From Terricaulis sp. (GTDB taxonomy: Bacteria; Pseudomonadota; Alphaproteobacteria; Caulobacterales; Aquidulcibacteraceae), in assembly GCF_044224985.1 (NCBI RefSeq), contig NZ_JBGAJJ010000006.1: a DNA stretch of 64,000 nucleotides. One strand, given 5' to 3'. Each line of letters begins with the position of its first letter. Position 1 is the first letter of the stretch. Position numbers and translations under genes: made by a program. This document shows, piece by piece, positions 1-9,189 of this stretch. The notes below the pieces were generated by a model. The model made no database searches, was not told the origin of the DNA, and saw nothing but the letters and a program-made list of their open reading frames with translations.

Positions 1-283
1 CCGATTGTGCAGCCGCGGAATAGGGACCGAGTGCATCGAAGAAGGCGTGCGCAAGCTCGCCGCTGCAATGGAAGCGCAGCAGGTCTTGCTCCCGGTCGTA
101 CGAGCTGCTTTGCGTGGCTTGGCTGATGCAGCCGGCATAGAATCGCGCTTGCGGCGGCGCGGGCTGGCCGGGTGTGATCGCGAGCGATGGCGGCCCGGCG
201 GGCGCGAGGGGCGCATCTGGCCTTGAGGCGCAGGCGGCGACGAAAAGCGACGCGCAAAGCGCCAGCATTGAGACCAATTTCAT
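1..283 (-). CDS. lipoprotein, N-terminal part only (gene continues past window start)
   Basis: Absent from the ORF track because there is no stop in the window. Reverse-strand translation from ATG (281-283): MKLVSMLALCASLFVAACASRPDAPLAPAGPP..., i.e. a signal peptide plus lipobox (FVAAC), with GC-rich third positions. Confidence 0.5.
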   Translation of the reverse strand, partial: MKLVSMLALCASLFVAACASRPDAPLAPAGPPSLAITPGQPAPPQARFYAGCISQATQSSSYDREQDLLRFHCSGELAHAFFDALGPYSAAAQS

Positions 284-398
284 CATTGTGGACCGCTCCA
301 ATCGCCCGTCTGAATGCGTCCCCCCGTCGCATAAGTAAAGGCCGCCCGCTCCGGTCCGACGAACTTGCGGGTCTTGGCTTGATCGGCCGCGCTGAAAC

Positions 399-1619
399 GT
401 GTCTCTGGCGCTCATGCTTGAGACTCTCGAACTCAAACGCACGCCCTTCCACGAGCGCACCTCGCGCTTGAGCGTGGCGCAGAACTGGCGGCGGTGGGCC
501 GGCTACATGGTGGTCGGCTCATACGACCTTTCGCTCGACCACGAATATTGGGCCATCCGCGACCGCGCGGCGCTGATCGATGTTTCGCCGCTGATGAAAT
601 ACATGATCGAGGGTCCGGACGCGGCGCGGCTCCTGCACAAAGTCACGCCGCGCGACATATTGAAGATGAAGTCGGGCATCGTCTCCTACACCGGCTGGTG
701 CGACGAAGACGGCAAGTTGCTCGACGACGGCACCATCGCGCGCCTGGGCCAAAACCTCTTCCGCATGACGTCGGCCGAGCCCTCGCTGCGCTGGCTGGCG
801 ATGAACGCCGTTGGCATGGACGTGAAGGTCACGGAGGTGACCGACCAGATGGCGGCGCTGAGCCTGCAGGGGCCGAAGTCGCGCGCCGTGCTGAATCGCG
901 TCTGCCGCGATCCGGTCGATCCGCTGAAATATTTCCGCGTCGCCGACAATGCGATCGGAAACGTCGCCGTTAGCATTTCGCGCACCGGCTATACCGGCGA
1001 TCTCGGCTACGAGATTTGGATCCCGGCCGAGCACGCGCTCACGGTGTGGGATGCGCTCATGAAGGCTGGTGACGATTACGGCATCACGCCGTGCGGCATC
1101 CTGGCGATGGATATGGCGCGCGTGGAAGCCGGGTTGTTCATGGTCGATGTCGACTACAACGCCTCGACGCATACCTGGATCGAAGGTCAGAAATCGTCGC
1201 CGTTGGAGATGGGCTTGGATTGGGCCGTGAACCTCGACAAGAAGGGCTATTATAACGGCCGCCGCGCGCTCGAACGCGAGAAACGCGAGGGCTCAGCTTG
1301 GAAGCTCGTGGGGCTCGACATCGATTGGGTGGGTTTGGAGAAGCTTTACGGCGAAGTCGGCTTGCCGCCGCAGATCCCAAGCATGGCCGTGCGCGGTAGC
1401 TTGCCGGTGATGATCGAGGGCAGACAGATCGGCTATGCCTCGACCAGCACCTGGTCGCCGGTGCTAAAGAAATACATCGCGCTCGCGCATGTGCAGCGGC
1501 CGTATTTCGAGCCGCGCACTGAGCTGACGATCGAAATCACCGTCGAGCATCATCGCAAGCAAACGCCGGCGACGGTCGTAAAGCTGCCGTTCTACGATCC
1601 CGCCTGGAAGAAGAAGTAG
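399..1619 (+). CDS. aminomethyltransferase-family (GcvT-like, folate-binding) protein
   Basis: 406-aa ORF with GcvT-family signatures (WAIRDRAALIDVSPLMKYMIEGPDA, ISRTGYTGDLGYEIWIP, SPLEMGL). The true start may be ATG 414 (MLETLELKRTPFHE). Confidence 0.8.
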   Translation: MSLALMLETLELKRTPFHERTSRLSVAQNWRRWAGYMVVGSYDLSLDHEYWAIRDRAALIDVSPLMKYMIEGPDAARLLHKVTPRDILKMKSGIVSYTGWCDEDGKLLDDGTIARLGQNLFRMTSAEPSLRWLAMNAVGMDVKVTEVTDQMAALSLQGPKSRAVLNRVCRDPVDPLKYFRVADNAIGNVAVSISRTGYTGDLGYEIWIPAEHALTVWDALMKAGDDYGITPCGILAMDMARVEAGLFMVDVDYNASTHTWIEGQKSSPLEMGLDWAVNLDKKGYYNGRRALEREKREGSAWKLVGLDIDWVGLEKLYGEVGLPPQIPSMAVRGSLPVMIEGRQIGYASTSTWSPVLKKYIALAHVQRPYFEPRTELTIEITVEHHRKQTPATVVKLPFYDPAWKKK

Positions 1620-1625
1620 CGCGCA

Positions 1626-3209
1626 ATGTCGGTCAACACCTACGACGCGATCATCATCGGCGCGGGCCATAACGGCCTGATTGCGGGCGCGTACCTCGCG
1701 CGCGCGGGCAAGAAGGTCGTCGTCCTCGAACGTCGCGATGTCGTCGGCGGGGCGGCGGTGACGGAAGAAATCTTTCCCGGCTATCGGTTCACTGAGTTCA
1801 GCTACGTCGTCAGTCTGCTGCGCCCGGAGATCATCCGCGACCTCGAACTGCCGCGGCACGGCCTTAAAATCCTGCCGCTCCCGAGCACGGTGACGCCGAT
1901 GGACAATGGCGATTATCTCGCCGCCTGGCCGGATCACGAACCGACGCGCCGTGAACTCTATCGCCATTCGCCGAAGGATGCCGAAGCCGCCGATGAGTAC
2001 AGCCGCGTCATGGCGCGCGCCGCGAAGGCGATCAAACCGGTGCTGTCGCTGGTGCCGCCCGATCCGTCCTCGCTCTCGGTGCGCGACATGCTGGGACTGC
2101 TAAAGGTCGGCCAGTACGCCCAGAGCCTGAGCGAGAAGGAACTCTACCGGATCGCCAAGCTGGTCACGCAATCCTCCGCCGACCTGCTGGACGAGTGGTT
2201 CGAATTCGATCCGCTCAAGGGCACAAAATCTGCGAGCGGCATCATCGGCACTTTCCTCGGTCCGCATTCGCCCGGCACCGCCTACGTGCTGCTCCACCAC
2301 TATATGGGCGAGATCGACGGGGCCTTCCGCGCCTGGGGCTTCGCCAAGAACGGCACCGGCGGCGTCACCGCCGCGATCGCCGCCTCTGCGCGTGCGATCG
2401 GCGCGGAAATCCGCACCGGCGCGTCCGTGGCGAACGTGATCGTGAAGGGCGGCCGCGCCGCGGGCGTGGCGCTCGATAATGGCGACGAGTTGCATGCGAG
2501 GGTCGTGATGTCCGCCGCCGATCCAAAGCGCAGCTTCCTCTCCTTCGTGGAAGCCAAGCATTTTCCCGACGAGTTCGTGCAGCAGATCAAGAATTTCCGC
2601 GTCCGCGGCTCGTCCGGCAAGGTAAACATCGCGCTCAGCGGGTTGCCGGAGTTTACCTGCATCAAGGGCGAGAGCCCGCTGCACAAAGGCGCCATCTCGA
2701 TCAGCCCGTCGATCGACTACATCGAGCGCGCCTACGACGAGGCCAAGTACGGCCAGTTCTCGAAGAATCCGTACATCGACATGATCATCCCTTCGATGAT
2801 CGATCGCGACATGGCCCCACCTGGGCATCACGTCATGTCCTGCTTCGTGCAATATGCTCCTTATGACATTGAAGGCGGCTGGGACGACGCCAAACGCGAG
2901 GCCTTCGGCGAGACCGTGATCAACACGATCGAACGCTACGCACCGAATATCCGCAAGCTCATCGTCGGCAAGCAAGTCATCACGCCGAAAGACATCGAGC
3001 GCATTGCCGGCATCACCGGCGGCAACATCTTTCACGGCGAGCTCCTGTTGCACCAGCTCTTCTTCCTCAGGCCCGCGCCGCAATGGGCCGACTTCCGTAC
3101 GCCGTTGCCCGGCTACTATTTCGGCGCCTCCGGCGCGCACCCCGGCGGCGGCGTCATGGGCGCGGCCGGCAAGATGGCCGCGCTTGAAGTGCTGAAGGAT
3201 TGGCGCTGA
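1626..3209 (+). CDS. FAD/NAD(P)-dependent oxidoreductase, phytoene-desaturase (CrtI) family
   Basis: 527 aa. N-terminal dinucleotide fold YDAIIIGAGHNGLIAGAYLARAGKKVVVLE and C-terminal GASGAHPGGGVMGAAG motif typical of CrtI-like amine-oxidase-fold enzymes. Confidence 0.8.
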   Translation: MSVNTYDAIIIGAGHNGLIAGAYLARAGKKVVVLERRDVVGGAAVTEEIFPGYRFTEFSYVVSLLRPEIIRDLELPRHGLKILPLPSTVTPMDNGDYLAAWPDHEPTRRELYRHSPKDAEAADEYSRVMARAAKAIKPVLSLVPPDPSSLSVRDMLGLLKVGQYAQSLSEKELYRIAKLVTQSSADLLDEWFEFDPLKGTKSASGIIGTFLGPHSPGTAYVLLHHYMGEIDGAFRAWGFAKNGTGGVTAAIAASARAIGAEIRTGASVANVIVKGGRAAGVALDNGDELHARVVMSAADPKRSFLSFVEAKHFPDEFVQQIKNFRVRGSSGKVNIALSGLPEFTCIKGESPLHKGAISISPSIDYIERAYDEAKYGQFSKNPYIDMIIPSMIDRDMAPPGHHVMSCFVQYAPYDIEGGWDDAKREAFGETVINTIERYAPNIRKLIVGKQVITPKDIERIAGITGGNIFHGELLLHQLFFLRPAPQWADFRTPLPGYYFGASGAHPGGGVMGAAGKMAALEVLKDWR

Positions 3210-4705
3210 TGGCCGACGTCATCGTCATCGGCGCCGGCCTCAACGGGCTAGTGGCGGCGAACTATCTCGCCAAGGCGGGCAAGCGCGTGCTCGTGCTGGA
3301 GCGCCGCGCTATTGCGGGCGGGCAGGCGGCGACGGAGTCGTTCGGCGCCGGCTTCATGGCGGATGCGCTGCATGCCGGCGGACAGTTGCGGCCGGATATC
3401 GTCGGCGATCTCGATCTTGCGCGGCATGGCTTGCCGGAGTCGAAGAGCGAGCCGCTGATCTCGCTCTTGCCAGACGGACGCCAGGTGCGCCTGTCGGCTG
3501 ACTCCGATGACGCGACGCTTGCGTCGATCCGTGCACTTTCGGCCAAGGACGCGGAACGGTGGCCGGACTTCGTCGCCTTCATGCGGCAAGCGACGACATT
3601 CCTCGACGCGGCCTATCGCACGCCGATGCCCCGGCTGCCGCATGTGTCGATCTCCGAAGGTCTGCCGCTGGCGCAGCTTGGCTTGAAGCTACGCGGCCTC
3701 GGCCCGCGCGATATGTTCCGCGTCATTCGGATGCTGCCGATGTCGGCGCTCGAGCTGACAGAGGAATGGTTCGAGGCCGACGCCATGCGCGCCGCCATCG
3801 GTGCTGTCGCCGTGCACGGTTCGACACTCGGACCGATGTCCGCCGGCAGCGGCTATACGCTGATGCACAATTGGCTGAACCGCGGCGGGCCGGGGCACAA
3901 GCGCGTGGAAGGCGGCGTAGGGCGCATTGCCGAGGCGCTGGTCGCGGCTTTGAAAGCGCGCGGCGGCGAGCTGCGCACCTCCGCGGAGGTGAAGACGATC
4001 TTACAGGACGACCAGGTGGTGCGGGGCGTGACGCTGGCGAGTGGCGAGGAGATCGCCGCGTCCATCGTCATCTCCGGCGCCGATCCGAAGCATACCTTAC
4101 TCGATCTCGTCGGCGCGCCCGAACTGCCGCCGGAATTCGTCTGGCACACGCAGTCGATTAAGATGCGGGGCTCGGTGGCGAAGGTGCATCTGCTGACCGA
4201 TGGCGATCACGGCCTGCCAAACGGAACGGTCGTCATCGCGCCCGCCATCCGTTACGTCGAACGCGCCTATGACGCGGCCAAGTACGGCCAGATCTCGCAA
4301 GCCCCTTATCTCGAACTCACCGCCAGCGGCAAAGTCGTGTCGATCCATTTTCAGTTCGCGCCCTACAAGCTGCGCGACAGCGAATGGAGCCAGGAGCGCG
4401 CCGTGCTCGAACGCATTGCCCTCGACACAGCCGCTGAGGCTTTGCCGCAACTCAGGGCCTCGATCCGCGAAACCAAATCGCTGACGCCGCTCGATCTCGA
4501 ACAGACTTACGGCTTGACCGAAGGCGACCTCAATCACGGCCAGCTCATCCTCGACCAGATGTTCTTCATGCGCCCGATGCCCGGCTGGTCGACGCACAAC
4601 ACCCCGATCGACAACCTCTATCTCTGCGGCGCCGGCGTCCACGGCGGCGGCGGCCTGAGCGGCGCCGCCGGGCGCAACGCCGCGGCGGCGGTGTTGAAGG
4701 CCTAA
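3209..4705 (+). CDS. FAD/NAD(P)-dependent oxidoreductase, CrtI family (paralogue of the upstream gene)
   Basis: ATG 3209 overlaps the upstream TGA (TGATG). DVIVIGAGLNGLVAANYLAKAGKRVLVLE and CGAGVHGGGGLSGAAG motifs; collinear similarity to the 1626-3209 product. Confidence 0.8.
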   Translation: MADVIVIGAGLNGLVAANYLAKAGKRVLVLERRAIAGGQAATESFGAGFMADALHAGGQLRPDIVGDLDLARHGLPESKSEPLISLLPDGRQVRLSADSDDATLASIRALSAKDAERWPDFVAFMRQATTFLDAAYRTPMPRLPHVSISEGLPLAQLGLKLRGLGPRDMFRVIRMLPMSALELTEEWFEADAMRAAIGAVAVHGSTLGPMSAGSGYTLMHNWLNRGGPGHKRVEGGVGRIAEALVAALKARGGELRTSAEVKTILQDDQVVRGVTLASGEEIAASIVISGADPKHTLLDLVGAPELPPEFVWHTQSIKMRGSVAKVHLLTDGDHGLPNGTVVIAPAIRYVERAYDAAKYGQISQAPYLELTASGKVVSIHFQFAPYKLRDSEWSQERAVLERIALDTAAEALPQLRASIRETKSLTPLDLEQTYGLTEGDLNHGQLILDQMFFMRPMPGWSTHNTPIDNLYLCGAGVHGGGGLSGAAGRNAAAAVLKA

Positions 4706-4714
4706 GGAGCGCGC

Positions 4715-5149
4715 ATGTCTCTTCCGAACCTCAATTCGAACGTCGCCGCGTCGCTAGAGAAGTGGCACGCCATGGTCGCGAGCAAAGACCTTGGCGGGCT
4801 CAATGCGATCATTCATCCGGACGCCACTTTCCGTTCGCCGATGGCGTTCAAGCCATACAAGTCGGCGCAAGCGGTGGCGCTGCTGCTGCGCACGGTGCTG
4901 ACCGTGTTCGAAGACTTCGCCTACCACCGCCAACTCGTCTCGGCGGACGGCCTGAGCGTGGTGCTCGAGTTCAGCGCCCGCGTCGGCGACAAGAGCCTGA
5001 AGGGCATCGACCTCATCCAGTTCGACGCCGACGGGCTCATCACCGATTTCGAGGTGATGGTGCGTCCGTTCAATGGGCTGCAAGCGCTGGGCGCCGAGAT
5101 GGGCGCGAAGCTCGGGCATTTGCTGCCGGCCTATAAGGCGGGCGCCTGA
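4715..5149 (+). CDS. small NTF2/SnoaL-like fold protein (weak call)
   Basis: 144-aa ORF 10 nt after the upstream stop, with coding-like GC3. Family assignment rests only on size and pattern. Confidence 0.45.
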   Translation: MSLPNLNSNVAASLEKWHAMVASKDLGGLNAIIHPDATFRSPMAFKPYKSAQAVALLLRTVLTVFEDFAYHRQLVSADGLSVVLEFSARVGDKSLKGIDLIQFDADGLITDFEVMVRPFNGLQALGAEMGAKLGHLLPAYKAGA

Positions 5150-5166
5150 ACGCCCACAAAAACAAA

Positions 5167-5190
5167 GCCCGCGGGCGTGAGCCTGCGGGC
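5167..5190 (+). terminator. GC-rich hairpin after the operon (possible terminator, no T-run)
   Basis: gcccgcgggc-gtga-gcctgcgggc gives a 10-bp stem with one mismatch, 18 nt after the stop at 5149. Confidence 0.3.
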
Positions 5191-5223
5191 GAGAACTTCC
5201 AACCTGAAAACTGAAGAAAGGAG

Positions 5224-5270
5224 AATGGCTCCCCGGGTAGGATTCGAACCTACGACCAACCGGTTAACAG
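5224..5270 (-). repeat. 47-bp direct repeat equal to the 3' part of tRNA-Asn (distal att-like site)
   Basis: aatggctccccgggtaggattcgaacctacgaccaaccggttaacag is identical to 47414-47460. It covers tRNA-Asn from anticodon loop (CTGTTAA) to CCA plus 2 nt. Identity breaks at the 5' anticodon stem. Confidence 0.9.
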
Positions 5271-5450
5271 AGGGTTGTGAGCGAAATTCCGCGCGACGCC
5301 ACGAGACACGTTGAGCGGCCTAAGTACCTACAGAATAACGATTTCCACAGATCATAATATTCCGCCGCGTTGCGCGTCGTAGCGATGCAGCGCAGCGTTC
5401 CCCGTAGATTCTTCCGTAGATTTTGCGAACCGGTTGGCCGGGGTGCGCGC

Positions 5451-6797
5451 ATGCCGCAAGTCGAGTTGAGTGATAAATTCTGCCGCGCCGCGAAGGCGAG
5501 CGGCGGTGCCAAGACGGACTATTTCGACACCACCGTGAAGGGGCTCTGCCTGCGCGTCAGCGCCGCCGGGATGAAGACTTGGCATGCGGTCTATTCGAAG
5601 CCTGATGGCAAGCGCGCTTGGCTCAAGCTGGGGCGCTACCCAGACGTGCCCCTGGGAGGCAACACCGGGGCCCGCCAGCGGGCCCGGGATGCGCGCGCCA
5701 AGGTCAGCGAGGGTGGTGACCCCGTCGCTGAGAAGAAGGCTCAGGCGTCAGCGCAAACCGTTCGTGACCTTGTGGAGAACTACCTCTCCCGGCGCATCAC
5801 AGGCCGGCGCTCCTATGCTGAGGTCGCCCGCCGCCTCCGCAAGAACGTGTCCGGATGCGATCTCGACGGCAACACCATCGAGGGCCGCTCGGTCGGGTGC
5901 ATTGGAAACCTTAAGCTCGCCGACCTTCACCGGCGCGACATCACGAAGGCGATCGATGCCGTGAAGGACCGCGGCGCCGGCACCGAGGCCAACCGCGTTT
6001 TCGAGGACGTGCGGGCCATGGTGCGCTGGGCGCGCGGGCGCGGCGATTTGGACGATAACATCGTGGAAGGGATGTCAAAGCCAACCGCAACGAAAGACCG
6101 CGAGCGCGTGCTCTTGGCTGACGAGATCGCGGCCATGTGGGCCGCGCTGCCCCACACCGACATGCGCGAAGCTACGCGACGCGTCCTTCGTCTTTGTCTG
6201 GTGACGGCTCAGCGGGTCGGCGAGGTCGCTGGCATGACGCGGGCCGAACTGGACCTACAGCGGGCGCTGTGGACCATACCGGCCGCGCGCGCAAAAAACG
6301 GGCGCGAGCATGTCGTGCCGCTGTCCGACATGGCGCTAAGAATCCTGCGCGAGCAGATTGCCGACGTGGATGCGCTGAGCGCGCGCAAGCGTCGTGACGT
6401 GCCCGGCTTTGTCTTCCCCGCGCCGGGCGCTCGCGCGCCGGTCACCGGCGCGTCTGTGGCGAAAGCGGTCAAGCGTGAGGAGAAGCCTGTCACGGTGTCT
6501 GTCACAGAGCCTGTTACATTGTCTGTCGCGACGATGGGGGTTGCGCCTTGGACCCCTCACGATCTTAGGCGTACCGCCGCGACCTGCATGGAGGAGCTGG
6601 GGGTCTCGCCCTTTGTCGTGGGCCATGTACTCAATCACGTTTCAGCAACGAAGGCGACAGTCACCAGCCGCGTCTACGCCCGATACGACTACGCCAAGGA
6701 GAAGCGCGAAGCGCTTGAACTTTGGGAGGCGCGGTTGATGTCGTTGGTTGTCGACGGAGGCGCAAAGGTCGTGCCTCTGCGGGCGGTGTCGTCGTGA
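5451..6797 (+). CDS. int: tyrosine recombinase, P4-type integrase
   Basis: Start taken at MPQVELSDKF. N-terminal arm-type domain (TDYFDTTVKGLCLRVSAAGMKTWHAVY). Catalytic-core motifs LVTAQRVGEV, HDLRRTAAT, GHVLNH and RVYARYDY. An AT-richer promoter-like stretch lies just upstream (5320-5370). Confidence 0.9.
   Translation: MPQVELSDKFCRAAKASGGAKTDYFDTTVKGLCLRVSAAGMKTWHAVYSKPDGKRAWLKLGRYPDVPLGGNTGARQRARDARAKVSEGGDPVAEKKAQASAQTVRDLVENYLSRRITGRRSYAEVARRLRKNVSGCDLDGNTIEGRSVGCIGNLKLADLHRRDITKAIDAVKDRGAGTEANRVFEDVRAMVRWARGRGDLDDNIVEGMSKPTATKDRERVLLADEIAAMWAALPHTDMREATRRVLRLCLVTAQRVGEVAGMTRAELDLQRALWTIPAARAKNGREHVVPLSDMALRILREQIADVDALSARKRRDVPGFVFPAPGARAPVTGASVAKAVKREEKPVTVSVTEPVTLSVATMGVAPWTPHDLRRTAATCMEELGVSPFVVGHVLNHVSATKATVTSRVYARYDYAKEKREALELWEARLMSLVVDGGAKVVPLRAVSS
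6486..6533 (+). repeat. 4 x degenerate 12-bp tandem repeat inside int
   Basis: cctgtcacggtg / tctgtcacagag / cctgttacattg / tctgtcgcgacg, encoding PVTVSVTEPVTLSVAT, inserted just before the HDLRRT motif. Confidence 0.7.
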
Positions 6798-7282
6798 GTG
6801 TCTCAAGGCCGAAGAGGGTTAAGGGTGTTCTTTCCGGGCAGCCGAAGAGCGAGTTTGTAACATGGCGGTATGATCAACCGCTCAAGACACCTGATCCAGA
6901 GAATGACGACGTCCGCGCGTTCTCTTTGCCAACGCGGTTACGCGAGGCTGGCTACGAAGAACTGGCGCAGGCGTTTGAGGAATTGTGGGGCCGGGACGTT
7001 GGCAAGACCGCAACGCAAGCGGCGCTTTTGATCGCAGGCCACATGGGAGGGCCGTCGCTGCGATTCGCCGGCAGGCCTGCGCGCAGCTCGCCGCCCAGCG
7101 ACTTCGTCGCGCTCTTGCAGCGCGCCCGCACGCTTATAGCGGAGGGCAAGGATCGCCGCGTAGTCGTCGCCGAATTGATCAACCCCTTGTACAAAGACCG
7201 AAGGACCCCTGGCGTCGGCTGGCCGGGAACGGTCAAAGCAGCGCGCGAGAAACTCCATGCGGCGCTCAAAAGAGCGCCTTAA
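6794..7282 (+). CDS. hypothetical protein (island-borne)
   Basis: GTG 6794 overlaps the int stop (GTGA). 162 aa with no recognisable motif. Coding assignment is by position and frame only. Confidence 0.4.
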   Translation: MSVSRPKRVKGVLSGQPKSEFVTWRYDQPLKTPDPENDDVRAFSLPTRLREAGYEELAQAFEELWGRDVGKTATQAALLIAGHMGGPSLRFAGRPARSSPPSDFVALLQRARTLIAEGKDRRVVVAELINPLYKDRRTPGVGWPGTVKAAREKLHAALKRAP

Positions 7283-7365
7283 ATTGGCGGGGAATTTATG
7301 ACGCGCGACGCAACGCGCGGTCGCGATATCTGATGTGTTCCTCTGACAACGGAGGACACACAAAA

Positions 7366-7584
7366 ATGCAATCCGAAACAATCGACCTTGTAGGCGAAGC
7401 CGCGGCGCGTGCGATCATCGGTGGCGCCGAGACGCCAATCAGTCGCGCCACGCTCTGGCGCGGGGTTAAGGCCGGGCGCTATCCGCGTCCCCTCAAAGTC
7501 GGCCTGTCCAGCAATCGCTGGAAGCGGGGAGAACTTCTGGCGGTGCTCGAAAAGGCGGCTGCCGCGCGCGAGGTCGCGGCATGA
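7366..7584 (+). CDS. AlpA-family phage/island transcriptional regulator or excisionase-like HTH protein
   Basis: 72 aa. RBS GGAGGA at 7351-7356. The sequence ISRATLWRGVKAGRYPRPLKVGLSSNRWKRGELLAVLE matches the AlpA-type HTH pattern usually found next to P4-type integrases. Confidence 0.75.
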   Translation: MQSETIDLVGEAAARAIIGGAETPISRATLWRGVKAGRYPRPLKVGLSSNRWKRGELLAVLEKAAAAREVAA

Positions 7585-7776
7585 CCCAGAAGATCGTCCA
7601 ACTGAGCTGCGTAAACTCGTTTTCGAAGCCTTGGTTCACCGCTGAGGGCATTCGGCTGAGCATGAGGTCGATTAGCGTCGCTCGTCCCGTGGGTGGCCAA
7701 TGAGCCGTTTGTGCCCCAAGCGCCGTGGTTGGCCTCTCGAAGCGCCGCCACGGCACACGACCTAGGCCGCGCATCC

Positions 7777-8427
7777 ATGGGCTGGAAAATCTCAGCGTTG
7801 GCAATGCAGCGTCGGCTCGGAAGCTCTGCAGCGAAAGCAGTCATGCTCGCGCTCGCCTATTACGCTGACGACAAAACCGGGCGCAAGATATTTGCGAGTA
7901 TCGACACGCTCGCCGAGCACGCCGATTGTTCGGCTCGCACGGTGCACACCCATCTTCGCAACTTCGAAAAGGCAGGCCTGATCGTTCGCGTGGGCCACCG
8001 CCGCTCCGGCGTCGTGGAGTGGCAGATAAACATTGCAGTGGTTGATGCCCTGCCGCCCGTCCGGACTGCCGCAGAAAGGCGGCGCGATTGCACGAAGACC
8101 CAGTCCTACACCACAGACCCTGTCACAGACGCGGTTGACCTGCAGGGTGTCGCGCGCGACATGCATTCTCTGTCTGCACCTGGGGCAGACGCACCTCTGA
8201 ACGTGGCGCAGACTCCCTCTGCACGTGGTGCAGACAATCCTTCCAACTATCCTTCCAACTATCCTTCCAACTATCCTTCCAGCGTACCGACGCACAAAAC
8301 TGGTTGCCTCATCCGAAGCGCCGCCTCTCAGCTCAAGAGCCACAGCGCGCTGGGGCGACCCAAGCACGGCATGAGCGTGGAGGACTGGCGAGCCGATCAG
8401 CTGCGGAGGATGTCGGAGCAAGGGTGA
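7777..8427 (+). CDS. helix-turn-helix protein, replication-initiator-like (island/phage type)
   Basis: The segment AKAVMLALAYYADDKTGRKIFASIDTLAEHADCSARTVHTHLRNFEKAGLIVRV is a winged-helix pattern. The C-terminus is low-complexity with (NYPS)x3. The start could also be 7693. Confidence 0.6.
   Translation: MGWKISALAMQRRLGSSAAKAVMLALAYYADDKTGRKIFASIDTLAEHADCSARTVHTHLRNFEKAGLIVRVGHRRSGVVEWQINIAVVDALPPVRTAAERRRDCTKTQSYTTDPVTDAVDLQGVARDMHSLSAPGADAPLNVAQTPSARGADNPSNYPSNYPSNYPSSVPTHKTGCLIRSAASQLKSHSALGRPKHGMSVEDWRADQLRRMSEQG
8239..8280 (+). repeat. 3.5 x perfect 12-bp tandem repeat (ccttccaactat)
   Basis: Copies at 8239-8250, 8251-8262 and 8263-8274, plus a half copy at 8275-8280. Encodes PSNYPSNYPSNYPS within the rep-like ORF. 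Confidence 0.9.
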
Positions 8428-9189
8428 GCGAGCGTCCATTCGAAGACCGGGTCCGCAATCGCGCACGATGCCCGCCTAGGCCAAGCGACCGCCCCACCCC
8501 GTCGACCCCTAGGCCGAGCGCCAAACGCTCGCCAGCGAGGACGCCAGGGGGGGCTATGCAAGACCTAGAGCCTTTCGATCACGGACCGGCGTGGCTGCTC
8601 ACGCGCAAGCCGCCGCAGGTTTTGAGGGCCGAGGGGGTCTAGATGCGAAGTCAGCAGAGCCCCCGGCGCAATCGCAGCCAGGGACCGTGCACCGGGCACG
8701 CATTCCAGCCCTACCGCACCTACCGCAACTGCGACCCGAGATCGTTTCACCGCACACGGGCACGCTAGGGGGCTAGCGAGTGTTTAACAGTCCCGGCGAG
8801 AGGACCGGCGGGGCTGTCTTCCGAGAAGCTTCTGTGAAATTCTCAAGGAAAAACGACATCCTTCAAATCCCGGAAACGAACCATGCAATCGAGACGACCG
8901 GGCTAGCGTCCGCTACGGGGCAGAAGCAGGCATTCAGTGCACCGTCTTAATCGTACAAAGCGGACCTTGGACAGACGCGCGACCTGGATCACAGTTTGAC
9001 GCCTGCGGGGGGCGCCAACAGACGCGCGCGCGGCTGGTGCGGTAAGGCGGTTTAGGCCTCAAAATCTTCACCCCGTTCCGAGCCGTCCCGACCAAGCCTA
9101 TATAACGGTCGAGGGCGGGTCTGCGGGCGCGACTCACCACAAATAGCATCGACGCCGATTTTGCTTCGGCCAATCGCGAGTATAAGGCC

